NCBI GenBank assembly: GCA_964016885.1
Contig: OZ024743.1
Coordinates: 5,022,001 to 5,086,000, forward strand
Length of the DNA: 64,000 bases
Direction of reading: 5' to 3'
Source: Eledone cirrhosa
Lineage: Eukaryota
The first letter of the stretch is position 1. Every line of letters begins with the position of its first letter. The notes beneath the pieces were generated by a model that made no database searches, was not told the DNA's origin, and saw only the letters and a list, made by a program, of their open reading frames with translations. This document shows, one piece after another, positions 36,390 to 50,422 of this stretch. A program made the translations under genes and the position numbers.

Positions 36390-37390
36390 TTCATTGTTAC
36401 TGCACGGATATGTTGCCAGGAAGCTCCAGAATGAGAGTAATATAGATAAGCAAAGTAGTCTACCAACAACCGCTATATTGGCTCCCACTTTGAAGGATAT
36501 GCTTTTGCAATCCAAGAACAGGAAATCAACACAACATACCTGATTCACAAAAGAGATAGGGATGCAGGCAAAACACCTGGATGTGACAACAAATGCAGAC
36601 TCTCCAGAATTAACATCGAAGATGTCATCCATGCCATAAGCAGCTGTCCAAAGATGTCATCACAGTACTATCTACCTATGAGGCATGATGTAGTGGCCAA
36701 AACACTGTACAATGCAATCCGTAGAAAAGACAGCCCCTATAATAAACACATTAAAAGCTACAGCAATGTGGAAGACGAAAGAGTACTGGTGGAATGTTCC
36801 AGTAAAAACCCCAATAAAATGCAGGCATAACAGACCAGATATTATGATATGGGACAGGGAGAAGAAGGCATGCACAGTAGTGGAAATTAGCTTCCCAGCA
36901 GATGCCAATATAATATCAAAGATTAGTGAAAATGAGATATTTATGCAGAACTAATGAGAAATCTGCAGATACTCCACCCTGATTACACCTCCAGATTTAT
37001 GCCTGTGATTATTGGGGCACTGGGGTATGTTAGTAACTGCCTCAATACAAATCTTGAGAAGCTGGGCTTCACAGGAACAGAAAGAACACAACTAGTTAGG
37101 AAATTACAAGTACAATCCATTAATGGGACAGTAAAAATATGTAAAACATTCCAAAAATTCTACATCTAATTACTTCATATACACTCGTACAAATACAAAG
37201 CATATGCACATGCACACATACAACTCAAAACATCCACATCCACACATACATTAACATCCATACGTGCACACACATGTATGCATGCAGACATGCACACATA
37301 TCTATTGACTTGATGATGTTTAAATTCCAATGAGAGAGTCTTGTGTCTATGTTAGAAACTTTCTCTCTCTCTATTGGTAAAAATTTATAA
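36390..37390 (+). mobile_element. 5'-truncated RLE non-LTR retrotransposon (R4/NeSL-like)
   Basis: EGYAFAIQEQEI, CRL..EDVIHAISSC, RHDVVAK, HNRPDIMIWD..VVEISFP, PVIIGALG: zinc knuckle plus PD-(D/E)xK-type restriction-like endonuclease; frameshifted. Confidence 0.85.
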
Positions 37391-37680
37391 AGTTATAAAA
37401 CCAGAAGAACATATATACATACGTGCGGGAGGGTATATGCATATAATATATAATCTATGTTTTTAAATTAAATTAGTTGTTTCATTTTCGTTTATCTTCA
37501 CGCGTGTTGGGCGTGTATCCTCACATCGCGTGACTGGAATCAAATTCCAGCCATACTATCTCGGGGTGTGCTATAGTTTCAATATAAGCATATCTTCGTG
37601 TATAGAATGTCATTGGAAGCCGTTGAGCACAGAGTCAAACCGATTCCGTGATCATTGTAATTTACCTGCGCGCTACACAC

Positions 37681-37839
37681 ATGTATGTATGTATGTATGT
37701 ATGTATGTATGTATGTATGTATGTATGTATGTATGTATGTATGTATGTATGTATGTATGTATGTATGTATGTATGTATGTATGTATGTATGTATGTATGT
37801 ATGTATGTATGTATGTATGTATGTATGTCTCTCTCTCTC

Positions 37840-37908
<69 letters not shown>
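37681..37908. repeat. (ATGT)n + (TA)n microsatellite
   Basis: Seen directly. Confidence 0.95.
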
Positions 37909-37911
<3 letters not shown>

Positions 37912-38717
37912 AATATGATAATAAGGGCGCTGCGGAGTTGCAAATGGGTTACATATGAAAAAAGTTTGTCCTTCATCAGTGATCTTCCAACTATCATAGG
38001 CATTTCATCGCTTTAAAGACCATATACCTCCGGTTGGTGCGAGCAACGGCTAAAAAAAGTCGTTGGGACACGTAAATAAAGGGGACGTAGGGTGAACAAA
38101 CAAAATGGTGAGGCAACAGAAAGTGAGGAATAAGGAGACAAGTCCCAGATTTCTATGAATTTAAGTTCGGTGAAATCGTGAACGAGAGAATAAAGACCAT
38201 CAAACCTGGTTGAAATGTGAGCAAGGAAGGAATTTCGCACAGGTCTAACGGGAGGAAAAAGGGGTCTGGTCTGCGAATTCGGTAAACATAAGTTCTGTGA
38301 AATCGTGGACGAGAAGCGATGAAATGCCTATGATAGTTGGAAGATCACTGATGAAGGACAAACTTTTTTCATATGTAACCCATTTGCAACTCCGCAGCGC
38401 CCTTATTATCATATTTACACATATTTTTTCCTCTGCTGCTACACCGTCTTTTTCGTTCTATGTATCTTTACCCTTTCTAGCAGTCTCTCTCTCTGTTAGC
38501 CTCTTCCTCACCTCACCCTTCACTCACTCATTCTCTGTCACTACCTCTCCTCCTCCTCCTCTTTCTTCCCGTTTGACCTGTGAGTAACTCTTTTCTCTCA
38601 CATTCTCGGCCAAGCTGGTCGGAATTTTTTCTCTCTCGTCCACGATTTCACAGAACTTATGTTTACCGAATTCGCAGACCAGACCCCTTCTTCCTCCCGT
38701 TAGACCTGTGCGAAATT

Positions 38718-38720
<3 letters not shown>
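37908..38720. mobile_element. (TA)n-bounded repeat with two interleaved inverted duplications (37908-38013/38314-38419; 38228-38313/38634-38720); homologous to 55037-55420
   Basis: Arms matched by eye; similar peptide RNSFLAHISTRFDGLYSLVHD at both loci; PLE-like rearrangement is inference. Confidence 0.7.
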
Positions 38721-38753
<33 letters not shown>

Positions 38754-38851
38754 ATACTTGGGGAGGGTTATATTGTTGTAATAATATTGCCAGAAATAAT
38801 AACAGTTTGGTTGGTTTTCGCTTCTGTATCTTTTATATCTTTTATATCTTT

Positions 38852-38900
<49 letters not shown>

Positions 38901-39944
38901 ATCTGTTTCTTTCTCTTGTCTACTACGATCTCCTGTCACCAAGCCATTTATTTGGCCTTTCGGTCGGAAGCACTTGTAAGCGGCGGACAAGATTTCTTCG
39001 CTCCGTACTCTGCCACATTTCATCGACGAAAGTCAATTTTTCCCTGCTTCTGGCTTCTTGTATTTCACACATGCACTGTATATTGTCCGTTTAATTTTAG
39101 TTGTAATTTTTCACGTATTTTGGTCAAAAGGTACTGCAAATTTTCCTGTCTATTCTCATGCATCTCACCAACAAAGCGAGCTCCGATCTGTTGCGCAAAC
39201 TGGCATTGCAAGTGCAGCACCACCTTAACCCTTTAGCATTTAAACCGGCCATATGCGGCCAGAATCCTCTCACCTCTTTCTCTTCAAGCCCAGTCTACTA
39301 AAAAAATTAGTTGTACTCGTTATTCAAAGTGCCAGCTTTGTCATACTCTGTGTCATGCTGAATCTCCCGGAGAATTATGTTACGGGTTTGTGGAATTATG
39401 GGGCACGGGTTTGTGGAATGCTCAGTCACTTGCACGTTAATTTCACAAGCCGGCTGTTCCGTTGATCATATCAACTGGAACACTCGTCGTCGTAACCGAC
39501 GGAGTACCAGTTTTATTTATATATATACACATATATGTGTGTGTGTATGTGTGTGCGCGCGCGCGCGAGTGTGTGTGTAAGTGTGTGTGCGAGTGTGTGT
39601 AAGTGTACGCATGTAATAAATTCTAAACTAAACCTACAAATTGAAAGATGAGGAATTGATAGGACAGTATTAAATATGAGTTAGAAGTGTCGCTTTATAA
39701 AATGCAACCAGAGAAAACTCTAAAAGGAGCTCGTGTTAAGCTACTCAGAGCTGTTATGCTAGCCACCTAGTACGGAACGTAACACCAGCAATATAATGTA
39801 ATTTATATTTTGTACGAATACTTTGTTACACCTTACACGTCATTCTATCTGTCCAGCAATGCCTTCACCTGCCTACCGTAAACACCTGAACTGTTCCTAG
39901 ATATACCACCAGTTATTAGAACAGCATGCGCCTATAAGTGTATG

Positions 39945-39986
<42 letters not shown>

Positions 39987-40241
39987 GAAGGAAATTTAGT
40001 CCAGAATTAGCCGTCGAAACGGCTTGAGCTCAGCCGTCGGGGTCCTACTCGTTCCTATATATATATATATATATATAAGGAACAAGGTGGTGTGTGGTTA
40101 CTGGTAAAGTGTATTTAGAAATGAAAGGAAAGTACAAACAAGGGACAAGTCCCCTCTTCAGTTGTCTGCTAGGGGTCTCTGACGTTTCAACGCATTAAAG
40201 ACAATACGTCTGTCCCCAGTACATCAATAAATTTGGAAGTT

Positions 40242-40305
<64 letters not shown>

Positions 40306-40929
40306 TATACAATATTTGGTTAATTTTCAAAGAAATTGGCAAATTTTAAATGTGAAAATATGTTTTTCTTTTTGTGGGTAAGCCTCTATAATGTTGATAA
40401 CTATAATTGATAGTTAAATAAATCCTGTAAATTTCCTCGTGAGACGGATAAAAGTGGATAGAAACGCCTGTGAGAATCGAACCATGCATTTACCGTGTGT
40501 CGGACGACCGCATTTAACCAAAGCGTATCTTTAGCAGCTTTAAGCTAGAAGTGTAAACATTTGTTTAATTTATGTAGCAGTGGGTCACTATTACACCGGC
40601 TGGCAACAAAAAGATTAATTTAAAAATTAAGGGCAGGTTGTATGATATTCCTGCGTGGTAGTGGAACGTGGGAATTGGTGCTGAAAAGGTGTAAGAACTG
40701 AAAATATAAGAAGCCAGCATGCTCCGTTGAATGTCTGATTGTGTGCCTGTACGATGGAGCACAAATGAGCTGAAAGAAAAATGAGGTACAAAACAAATCA
40801 GATGTAGTATGCAACGTTTTGCCGAGATGGATATGTGACGTGTTTTGATGACGTCAGGTAAAGAAGTGCCAACTGAACTAAGTAGAAGGAAACCATGGAA
40901 GAAGTAGACCAGGTAGAACCTAAAAAGAA

Positions 40930-41148
40930 TAATAATTTCTACTATAGGCACAAGGCCGGCAATTCTGGGTGAGGGGAAAGTCGATTAAATCGACCCCAGT
41001 TCATTACTGGTGCTTTATTTTATCGACCCCTTAAGGATGAACGGCAAAGCTAACCTCGGCGGAATTTGAACTCAGAACGTAAAGAGCCGTAACTCTATGC
41101 TGCAAATCATGTTGCCCGATGCTCTACCGATTCTGGCAATCCACCGCC
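40930..41148 (-). mobile_element. tRNA-derived SINE, full length
   Basis: A/B boxes, core, tail on minus strand. Confidence 0.88.
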
Positions 41149-41293
41149 TGAAATCAATTTTCAAGAATTTAAACGTCAGAGATATGACGACTGCAATAGT
41201 GAGAATACGCTTTACTGGAGAAGACCAATCCAAGCATTAAAAAAACGATCATAAACACTGGGAGAGTAACGAGTGGATTTGGTGCTCACAAAG

Positions 41294-41386
41294 GATGTTG
41301 TACTCACCTTTAATCATCTAGTCTATGTTGTACTCACCTTTAATCATCTAGTCTATGTTGTACTCACCTTTAATCATCTAGTCTAT
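41294..41386. repeat. 30-bp tandem repeat x3 (ATGTTGTACTCACCTTTAATCATCTAGTCT)
   Basis: Three identical units. Confidence 0.92.
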
Positions 41387-41610
41387 CCAAAAGAGTAGAA
41401 CGGGTAGAGTGGAAATAGCAGGTTAACAATCCTGTGATATAGTGCATTGGTGAGGGAAGATATAGCAATTAGTTGAATAGCGACACTCTGTGACAGTGTA
41501 TTCTTGGATGTGGTTGAGTGTGTGTGTGCGTGTGCGTATGTGTGTGTGTATATATGTGTGTGTGCATCTGTGTGTGTGAGTGTGTGTGTCTGTGTGTGTC
41601 TGTGTATGCA

Positions 41611-41667
<57 letters not shown>

Positions 41668-42965
41668 CTGTGTCTGTGTCTGTGTGTGCGTGTGTGTGCG
41701 TGTGTGTGTGTGTGTGTGTAGCAGCTGCTGCTGCAACATGAGTAAAAGTTCTAATATGGGTGGCACTTGAGCTTTATGCAACTGATGTGTGTTTTGGAAA
41801 AATCGTCAGGGCCTTGTGTTATTTGTTCCAGGTCCTTGCATTCAGAGTTTAAATCCCACTGTAACCTACTTAGGTGGTAGACTTGATCGGTAACCTTCGA
41901 TAGCCAGGTTTATCAAACCTCTTCTTACAATTTCCCGGCCGTACCTCTGGTTTCAATAAACATCCTAACTACCAATCTTGGAGACCTTGAAAAAAATCAA
42001 GGGTCATCGACACCGCCTTTCTTCCTGACAAAGATATAAAATAAAGAAAATGACTAGTCTTGGGAAAGCAGGTTTGTCAAGGTAATAAACAGACAACGGC
42101 CATTTCCATGTATATTTCCTACTACTAGACACAGAGGGCGCTAGAGAGGGAAATAATGTCGGGAAGCGTCAAAATAAGGAGATAGATTTGTTAGCTGTAT
42201 ATTGTTATTGTGTTTGTATAAACTCTAATGGGCCCTGATAGAGCAGGTATAGGATCAAAGGCGTTCCTGTCAGATCATCACTTGCTAGATGTACCTATGA
42301 CTACATTATTTTATGTATCCTCCTCTTTTCCAGATATAGGAATGAGATTTGGCTGCAATTTCTAAGAATTCGAACATGTGTACATGTGTGAACGCATACT
42401 TATATATGTGTATGTATGTGTGTATGTGTATGTGTGTGTGTACACGTGCGAATGTGTGCGTTTCTGCATGTGCATTTGGGTGTGCGTATTAATGTGAGCT
42501 TGCATGTATGCGCATGTATTTACATGTATTTGTCGGCGTAAATGTGTGTGTGGGTGCGTGAACGTAGATACATTTGATAAAGGGAGTAAATTAATCGTTC
42601 AAACCTGGTCACAGCAGTTATGGGATTAAATTCAGAATCAATTAATAAACACAATAAATGAATATCAATGATATTATAGAATCATAATTATACAGCAATA
42701 TAGCCTCCTTCCTTTCCTGTAATTCCGGAGGGTGTCGGGGGGGCGCCGTTATGACATACGGCATTTTGGGGGCACTTTTTAAAACTGGGTGGAGCCCATC
42801 ACCTCTGCAGATCTGAATAGAGCAGATTTCTTCCAGAGAAGGATAGAGAATGAGCGAAAGAATGAAAGTGAAAAGGAGATATAGAAGAAGGATCGGATCG
42901 TCCAGTACTCGACTGATACTTTTCTTATTGACCTCGAAAAGATTAAAGGCAAATATGAACTCAAC

Positions 42966-43945
42966 GAGACTGGGCACCTGGCATCTGGAATGATGTCAAG
43001 CGCTCACTGCCCTCTACCAGCCGGGCAATGTGGCCAATGGGAATTCCACTCTAGAGTTCTATAAAGGACTAGTGGTAGAAAAGTGAGACGACGTTCACGA
43101 TGTGGCTCTGGGCGTCGACGAAATCGAACTGGCCAGTCTTTTCTGGAGAACTTTTGAACCGGGAACAATGGACAACTTTCAAAAGTCCCTGGCTTGGCCG
43201 TGCTACCCGAGGGTACTGTCGGTTCGAGATAAACTCTACAGGCATGAAAGTGCTGTCAGACGGACCTGTTCAAGATGCGTGCAGAACGATGAAGCCGTTC
43301 TGCACGCCCTCGTCCAATGTCCGTGCATTACTGATTTGTGGATTTTTGAACAGCTATTATCGCCTGTAGGACAGATCTAGCTATCGACCAAGTTCAGGGT
43401 GAAGTTCTTTTGACCGGTAAGGGCAGGCAGTTTTCTTCTGTCTTGTGGCTGTAGCGTAAGAGGTTGTGTGGTGGACGTGGCTGAAAGTACTAAATATAGG
43501 CACGTTTCTCTTCAGTCAAGCCCTCATCAACTTTTTCAAGTTTCATTTGAAAAGGAAGGAGAGGGTGGAGAGGGAAGCGCTGTCCTAAGTACATTTGTTA
43601 AAAGGTGGGTAAATGTAGCGAGGATAGCCCGAGTGAATAGTCCTACTCTGACCATGTGCCTGTAGACTGAATAGTTTGGAGAGGTGAGGGGCGCTCTCTT
43701 GGGCTGCTCTTGGAGAGTAGGGTTGTTTAGGATTTGTGGGGCTCCTAAATCACACCTACGTGGTACTCCCCATCCCCTATTGGGGAATTTTCATTGATAT
43801 ATACTTTGTTGTTTATTGTTACCTGTTATCTTTTTTTTACTCGCTTTTTTGTACCCCACCCCCACTGTCCCTGTTTTTTGGGGATTTATTGTCCGCTATG
43901 TAATGGCCCTTGTGGCCAATATAGAAATAATAATTAGTATTATCA
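42966..43945 (+). mobile_element. 5'-truncated older Tx1/L1 copy (ORF2 end, 3' UTR, tail)
   Basis: RTFEPGTMDNFQKSLAW, RWVNVARIARVNSPTLTMCL; ends GGCCCTTGTGGCCAATATAGAAATAATAATT. Confidence 0.9.
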
Positions 43946-44213
43946 TTATAGAAGAAGAAGAAGAAGAAGAAGAAGAAGAAGAAGAAGAAGAAGAAATATC
44001 ACCATTATCATCATCATCATCATTGACTGAATCGTTAGAGTCGGACAATATGCGTTGCGGTATTTATTCCGACTCTAGTTCTCGACTAAACTTTGCCTTT
44101 CATCCTTCCGGATAAAGTACCAGTGAACTACGGTGTTGGATATATTTGACTTTCCCTTACTCTTAAATAGTTAGACTTGTGCCTAAAATAAAAATCATTA
44201 CTATTATTATCGT

Positions 44214-44406
44214 GGTGAATTGGCAGTATCGGTAGAGCGTCAGACACCATGCTTTACAGCATAGTTACGGCCCTTTACGTTCTGGGTTCAAAGCCCGCCG
44301 AGGTTAGCTTTGCCTTTCATCATTACGGGGTCGATAAAATAAAGTACCAGTAATGCACTGAGATAATTGCTGGCCTTGTGCCAAAAGTAGAAACAATTAT
44401 TATCGT
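44214..44406 (+). mobile_element. tRNA-derived SINE inserted in tail of an older SINE (44025-44205)
   Basis: TSD ATTATTATCGT at 44203-44213 and 44396-44406. Confidence 0.88.
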
Positions 44407-44427
44407 AACACAATTTTTATTTTTACA

Positions 44428-45418
44428 CTAGCAGCAGTACCCAGCGTTACCTGGGTAGGTAAAATAATATCTGCTTTGATGAAAAGGTGTTGATCTTAGC
44501 GACTGCTTCTCGATTACTCATCTATGGCCACACACAGGCCATGCGGGGGAGGGTGGTGATGACCTCTATCACTGATAAACGCGGGTGACTGATGAAGGGG
44601 CATGCTGGGGGAGGGAGGTAATGACCTCTAACACTAAGCCACATTTCCTCACGTTACTTGATTGGAAACCGATGAATTCTCAAATACACAACTAAAAGCT
44701 CAGACGACGTCAGTGGCCATCGTTTTGCCTTTGACCATCTATAAGATGTGCAATGATAGGTTCTATCGTAGTATAAAAGTTGAACCAAATAAATTGATTT
44801 ATGTGTGAGGTGGAGCCGAAGTTTCGAATTTGAACGAAATCGGTTGAAAAATGTGGGAGATAGAGCCGAAAAGGCGGAAATTTGAGCAAAAAGGTGGTAT
44901 TTTCGAATATTTAAGCGGCTGCCACGTCGTTCCTGAACAAAAAAATCCAAAATGTAAAGCCACTTTAAGACGTGAAATAATCAGATCTAGCGTATTGTAA
45001 AATTTGAACAAAGTAGGTTGATTAATGTAGGAGCTAGAGCCGGAAAAGTGGAAATTTGAGTCTAAAAGTGGTATTTTTTAATATTTAAGCGGCTACCACG
45101 CCGTTCCTGAACAACAAATGCAAAATATAAAGCCATTACAGGATGTGCAATGATAAATTCTATTTTGCTTTAAAATTTGAACGAAATCGGTAGCAAAATG
45201 TGGGAGCTAGAGCCAAAAATCTTATTTTTCGATGCCTAAAAAAAAGGTGACCCCCCCCCCCCCTCATCGATTTTTATCTGCCGAATAACCCCGGAATAAA
45301 AAAAAACGATACGCTGATATATAGAAAACACTCCCCGATGACTAATCTATGAGCCTGTAAAGTTTCATGAAAATCGGTCGTAAGATGTAGGCCCCTATAG
45401 GTAATACACAGACACACA

Positions 45419-45453
<35 letters not shown>

Positions 45454-45474
45454 TTAATTTTATATATATACAGA
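44428..45474 (-). mobile_element. Non-autonomous Helitron with internal ~174-bp tandem repeats
   Basis: Minus strand A|TC..., subterminal hairpin TACCCAG-GTAACG-CTGGGTA (44438-44457), ...CTAG|T; repeats start ~44827, 45001, 45174. Confidence 0.8.
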
Positions 45475-46771
45475 TTTTATTTTTCAATCCGCATTTTAAC
45501 CTCCACATCCTACCCTCTACAGACAGACTAACAGACTTAAATATATACATACACACATAAACACACATGTACACACTCACGTGTGTTGGACCTCCGTTCG
45601 TTTTGAACAACGTGTGTTCTAGTTGTTTGATCAACAGTTCACCTGCTCGTAGAATTAACGTGTAAGTGACTGAGCATTCTCCAAACACGTTTACGATTAA
45701 CGCAATTCTCAGGGAGAATCAACATGACAGTGTGTAACAATATTGACCCTTTGAATTACAAATACTCTCAGGTCTTGAATAATTGTCAACAGCCCCCCAC
45801 CCCAGCTTATTCATTTTAAAGATTTTTCCACCACCCCCACCTCACTTTTATCCCCCTCCCCGCTTCTTAAATGTTACTAATCTATCTTCAGGAAATTATA
45901 TTGTAGGTATTCATATCGATACAGTAGCTAGAGAATCTAATCATTTTATTTTACACTAAAAAAAACATTATATATGACAAAAAAGAACATTGCAAGAAAA
46001 ACCATATTTACTGATTTCCCAACCCCCAGTTTATAAGAACTCCCGATTCCTCCCCCCTCCCCCCTCCAGCCTTATAAGAATTTAAGCAAGTGTCCAAAAC
46101 CCCCTTATCCCGCTTATTCCACCCCCTATTATTTGGGACCCGAGAGTACAACTAACATTAGACGGCGGAGTGAACTGGAGCAACATGAAATAAAGTGTCT
46201 CGCTGAAGGACATAAAGTGCAGCTGGGAATCTACCTCACGATCTTACATACCTAAGCCGAACACCTTAACCACTAGGCTACGCACCTTCACACTACACTG
46301 CACACAATCTGTTCCTCCTTTCGTGACTTTCATCCGATGTCCTTGTGAGCAATAAAAGAAACCATTATCATTACCTGTAATGTCATATTCATCCGGCACC
46401 CTTGTCACTAATAAATGAAATCATTGATATTATTTTTTACAAAATTAAGGACCCCAATTTATTTATTTATGTTCATATCTATAACCCTAACCCTTAAACT
46501 TCTTCCTCAACTTTCTTTCTTTTTTCCGCATTAACTCCCTGGCTGTCGTAAAGCAATGGCGGTGGCGGTGGAGGTGACGGGACGTCATAATGTGTTGCTT
46601 GCTGCAGTGAAGTATGGCTGTAGTGGTGCGGAAAGGGGAGCTATAGAAAGGGAGAGGGGGGTAAAAGGGGAGATCCCTTCAGCCCACCCCCGAACAATAA
46701 GCGCAGTGTGGGAAAGTGGTCCCTAACCGACTCCCACCATGATTTTTATTTGTTTATATATTTGTGTTGAA

Positions 46772-46779
<8 letters not shown>

Positions 46780-46850
<71 letters not shown>

Positions 46851-46886
46851 TTACCACTACTACTACTATTACCACTACTACTACTG

Positions 46887-46949
<63 letters not shown>

Positions 46950-46950
46950 T

Positions 46951-46991
<41 letters not shown>

Positions 46992-47024
46992 TTACCACTA
47001 CTACTACTGCTACTACTACTACTG

Positions 47025-47072
<48 letters not shown>

Positions 47073-47073
47073 T

Positions 47074-47123
<50 letters not shown>

Positions 47124-47125
47124 TT

Positions 47126-47180
<55 letters not shown>

Positions 47181-47181
47181 T

Positions 47182-47224
<43 letters not shown>

Positions 47225-47246
47225 GCTACTACTACTACTACCACTG

Positions 47247-47303
<57 letters not shown>

Positions 47304-47321
47304 TTACCACTACTACTACTG

Positions 47322-47369
<48 letters not shown>

Positions 47370-47370
47370 T

Positions 47371-47429
<59 letters not shown>

Positions 47430-47430
47430 T

Positions 47431-47480
<50 letters not shown>

Positions 47481-47498
47481 TTACCACTACTACTACTG

Positions 47499-47540
<42 letters not shown>

Positions 47541-47541
47541 T

Positions 47542-47585
<44 letters not shown>

Positions 47586-47586
47586 T

Positions 47587-47639
<53 letters not shown>

Positions 47640-47640
47640 T

Positions 47641-47699
<59 letters not shown>

Positions 47700-47700
47700 T

Positions 47701-47750
<50 letters not shown>

Positions 47751-47751
47751 T

Positions 47752-47807
<56 letters not shown>

Positions 47808-47808
47808 T

Positions 47809-47852
<44 letters not shown>

Positions 47853-47853
47853 T

Positions 47854-47894
<41 letters not shown>

Positions 47895-47895
47895 T

Positions 47896-47936
<41 letters not shown>

Positions 47937-47937
47937 T

Positions 47938-47972
<35 letters not shown>

Positions 47973-47990
47973 TTACCACTATTACAGCTA
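46780..47990. repeat. 1.2-kb (ACT)n array with recurrent ATTACC interruptions
   Basis: Seen directly; explains poly-T/L/V/S ORFs. Confidence 0.97.
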
Positions 47991-48219
47991 TTACCTGCCA
48001 CTGCTACTTGCCTGCTGTCTTCATCTGTATGCTTCAATGTTTCTTTGTATTTGTGCTGGCCTTGTGGCATACTCAAGAAATTAATATTATTGTCAATGAA
48101 ATGGAGTGGCAAATACGGAAGAGCATCGACCGAAATGCCTTGTGATATATATATTCCGGTCCCTTGCATTCTGAGTTCAAATCCTATCGGAATTGACTTT
48201 GCTTTTCATTTTTCTGGGG

Positions 48220-48402
48220 GTCGATAAATTGACGGTTAATATCTTATATAACAGAGAAAGATGTCGATAAATTGACGGTTAATATCTTATATAACAGAGA
48301 AAGATGTCGATAAATTGACGGTTAATATCTTATATAACAGAGAAAGATGTCGATAAATTGACGGTTAATATCTTATATAACAGAGAAAGATGTCGATAAA
48401 TT
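48220..48402. repeat. 43-bp tandem repeat x4.2 starting in a truncated SINE core
   Basis: GTCGATAAATTG at 48220, 48263, 48306, 48349, 48392. Confidence 0.92.
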
Positions 48403-48542
48403 GGTTGCAATTTTATCGTTCTGCGAGTTTAGTGGTTTTCATTAAAACAAAGAAAAAGATAATATATCTGTTATTGTATTTTTTATATTGTGAAATGATT
48501 GTTTCGATTTTTCTTTATTCTTCTCTTTGTACATACATACAT

Positions 48543-50422
48543 GATGGCTGCAACTCGATTTCAAGTAATACCATCGCTTGATACTTAAACATGAGCATCA
48601 CGGGTGTGGCTTTTTAGTCCTGCTAGGGCCAGCCATGCCATGCATCGCAAAAAATGTCACATATCAAGCGATGCCTGTGTTTGAAGCATTTTTAAGCGAG
48701 GAAAGGGCTTGCACGGGGCCAATCCATACATACATACATACATACAAACATACATACATACATACATACATACATACATACATACATACATACATACATA
48801 CATACATACATACGCACGTATGAGTAGAGGGATGTACATCGTTATGTTGAGGTATATTGTAATTTGCATATATTTACATATGTATGTACACTCAAAGCTT
48901 TTGTCAATGCTGTTGTACTTTAACATTGCCAATGTGACATATAAAGGAACTGTTGTAATCAATAATAGATTCAATCAACCATTAACATCCTTATCTCAAA
49001 TGTGTGGCTAAAAAGGATTATTATTTTTGTTGTTGCTGTTAAGTGCCTTTGTATACATATATTGTATACATACATGGATTGTATACATATATATTTACAC
49101 AGGGGCGGTTGGAAGGCATTTCTGAATTGGGGTGGGGTGAGAGAAACAATTCGGTCAATTTAATTACAGTGATTAGTTTAGCTCTTGGCACTCTAAAATG
49201 GTCAGAAAATTCAATTTGAGTCCAAGCAGATCATATTACATTTACAGCTTTCAATAATTATAAAGTGATTATAGCAAAATGACCTATAAATCTGTCCCTG
49301 AATACAGATACTAGCAATTGGAAAATAGTGATATGTGGAGAAAAAGTTATGACATGACAAAAAAATTTACTTTGAAGGTAAACATAAAATATTATCAAAT
49401 ATCAACCAAGATATAAAAAACTTCGATATGCGATAAACATAACATGTACATAAATTGTAGCGCATTTACAAATAGATGTTGTTTTGGTAATTTCGGGAGA
49501 AAAATATAATTATTGGAAGCGGGGGGGAATAATGCCCCCCCCCCCCCCGGCTCCACCAGTTCCACCGCCCCTCTTACATACATAGTATTGGAAACCAATT
49601 CGTGTCTGTGTACGGCCACTTAACACAAACGTGTTATTGGCGTTGCTGTCGTTGATGCCGCCATAGATGGCTCATCAAACCAGAAAGTAACTTACATGTC
49701 ATACCACGTAGTGTGTAGGTAAGTTTCCACCTCTTTAAGTTTGATTGGTGTGGCATGCTTGGTGGTGCTGTGTTAGCCCACCTGCAGAGTGACACACTTT
49801 GGTATTGATGCCACATGCAAAATCAAAGTGTATGGGGTACTCAAAGGTGTTATTTCCATGAGTATAACGTCTGCTATGGTATAGTGTCCCAACTTTTGAC
49901 ATGTATATATGTCCGCATACTTCGCTGGTAAGAGTCTTTTTCTAACCCTGTTCTGAGTACAGACTAATATCGCCTACATACATATATTATGGCTGCAAAC
50001 TCGATTTCGAGTAATGGCAAAGCTTGATACTTAAGCATGAGCATCACGGACGTAGCTTTTTAGTCCTGCTAGGGACTTGCCCATGGCCAGCAATATCATA
50101 CATCGCAAAATATGTCACATATTAAGCGATGCCTATGCTTGAAGCTTTTATAAGTAAGGAAACGCTTTGTACGCGGCCAATCCCACTCTCTGAACACACC
50201 TACATACTTACCTACATACCTACATACAAACGTACATATATACATTATGGCTGCAAACTCTGCTAAAAGTATTGCAATTGTTTGTCAGATTGCAGGAAAT
50301 GATGCACTTTAAGGCTACGGCCAGCCACACGAACCTGTAACAGATCCTGAACAAGCAATGCCTGTGCTTTGAAGGTTTTTTAAGTGGGGAAAGGCCTTGC
50401 ACTCGACTAATCCCACTCTCTG
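48543..50422 (+). repeat. Three diverged ~180-200-bp direct repeats (48543, 49989, 50247) associated with (TACA)n
   Basis: Each begins ATGGCTGCAA(A)CTC and ends ..GC(G/A)ATGCCT.TG.TTGAAG..TTTAAG..GGAAA.G..TTG.AC....CAATCC. Confidence 0.7.
49100..49573. mobile_element. Longer member of the CAGGGGCGG-TIR MITE family
   Basis: TIRs slightly mutated; TTACA at 49095-49099 and 49574-49578. Confidence 0.78.

Noticed and set aside
46723-48227. Poly-T/L/V/S ORFs (mucin-like), also 1857-2466, 33112-33485, 60276-60672
   Set aside because: Trinucleotide microsatellites open in several frames on both strands
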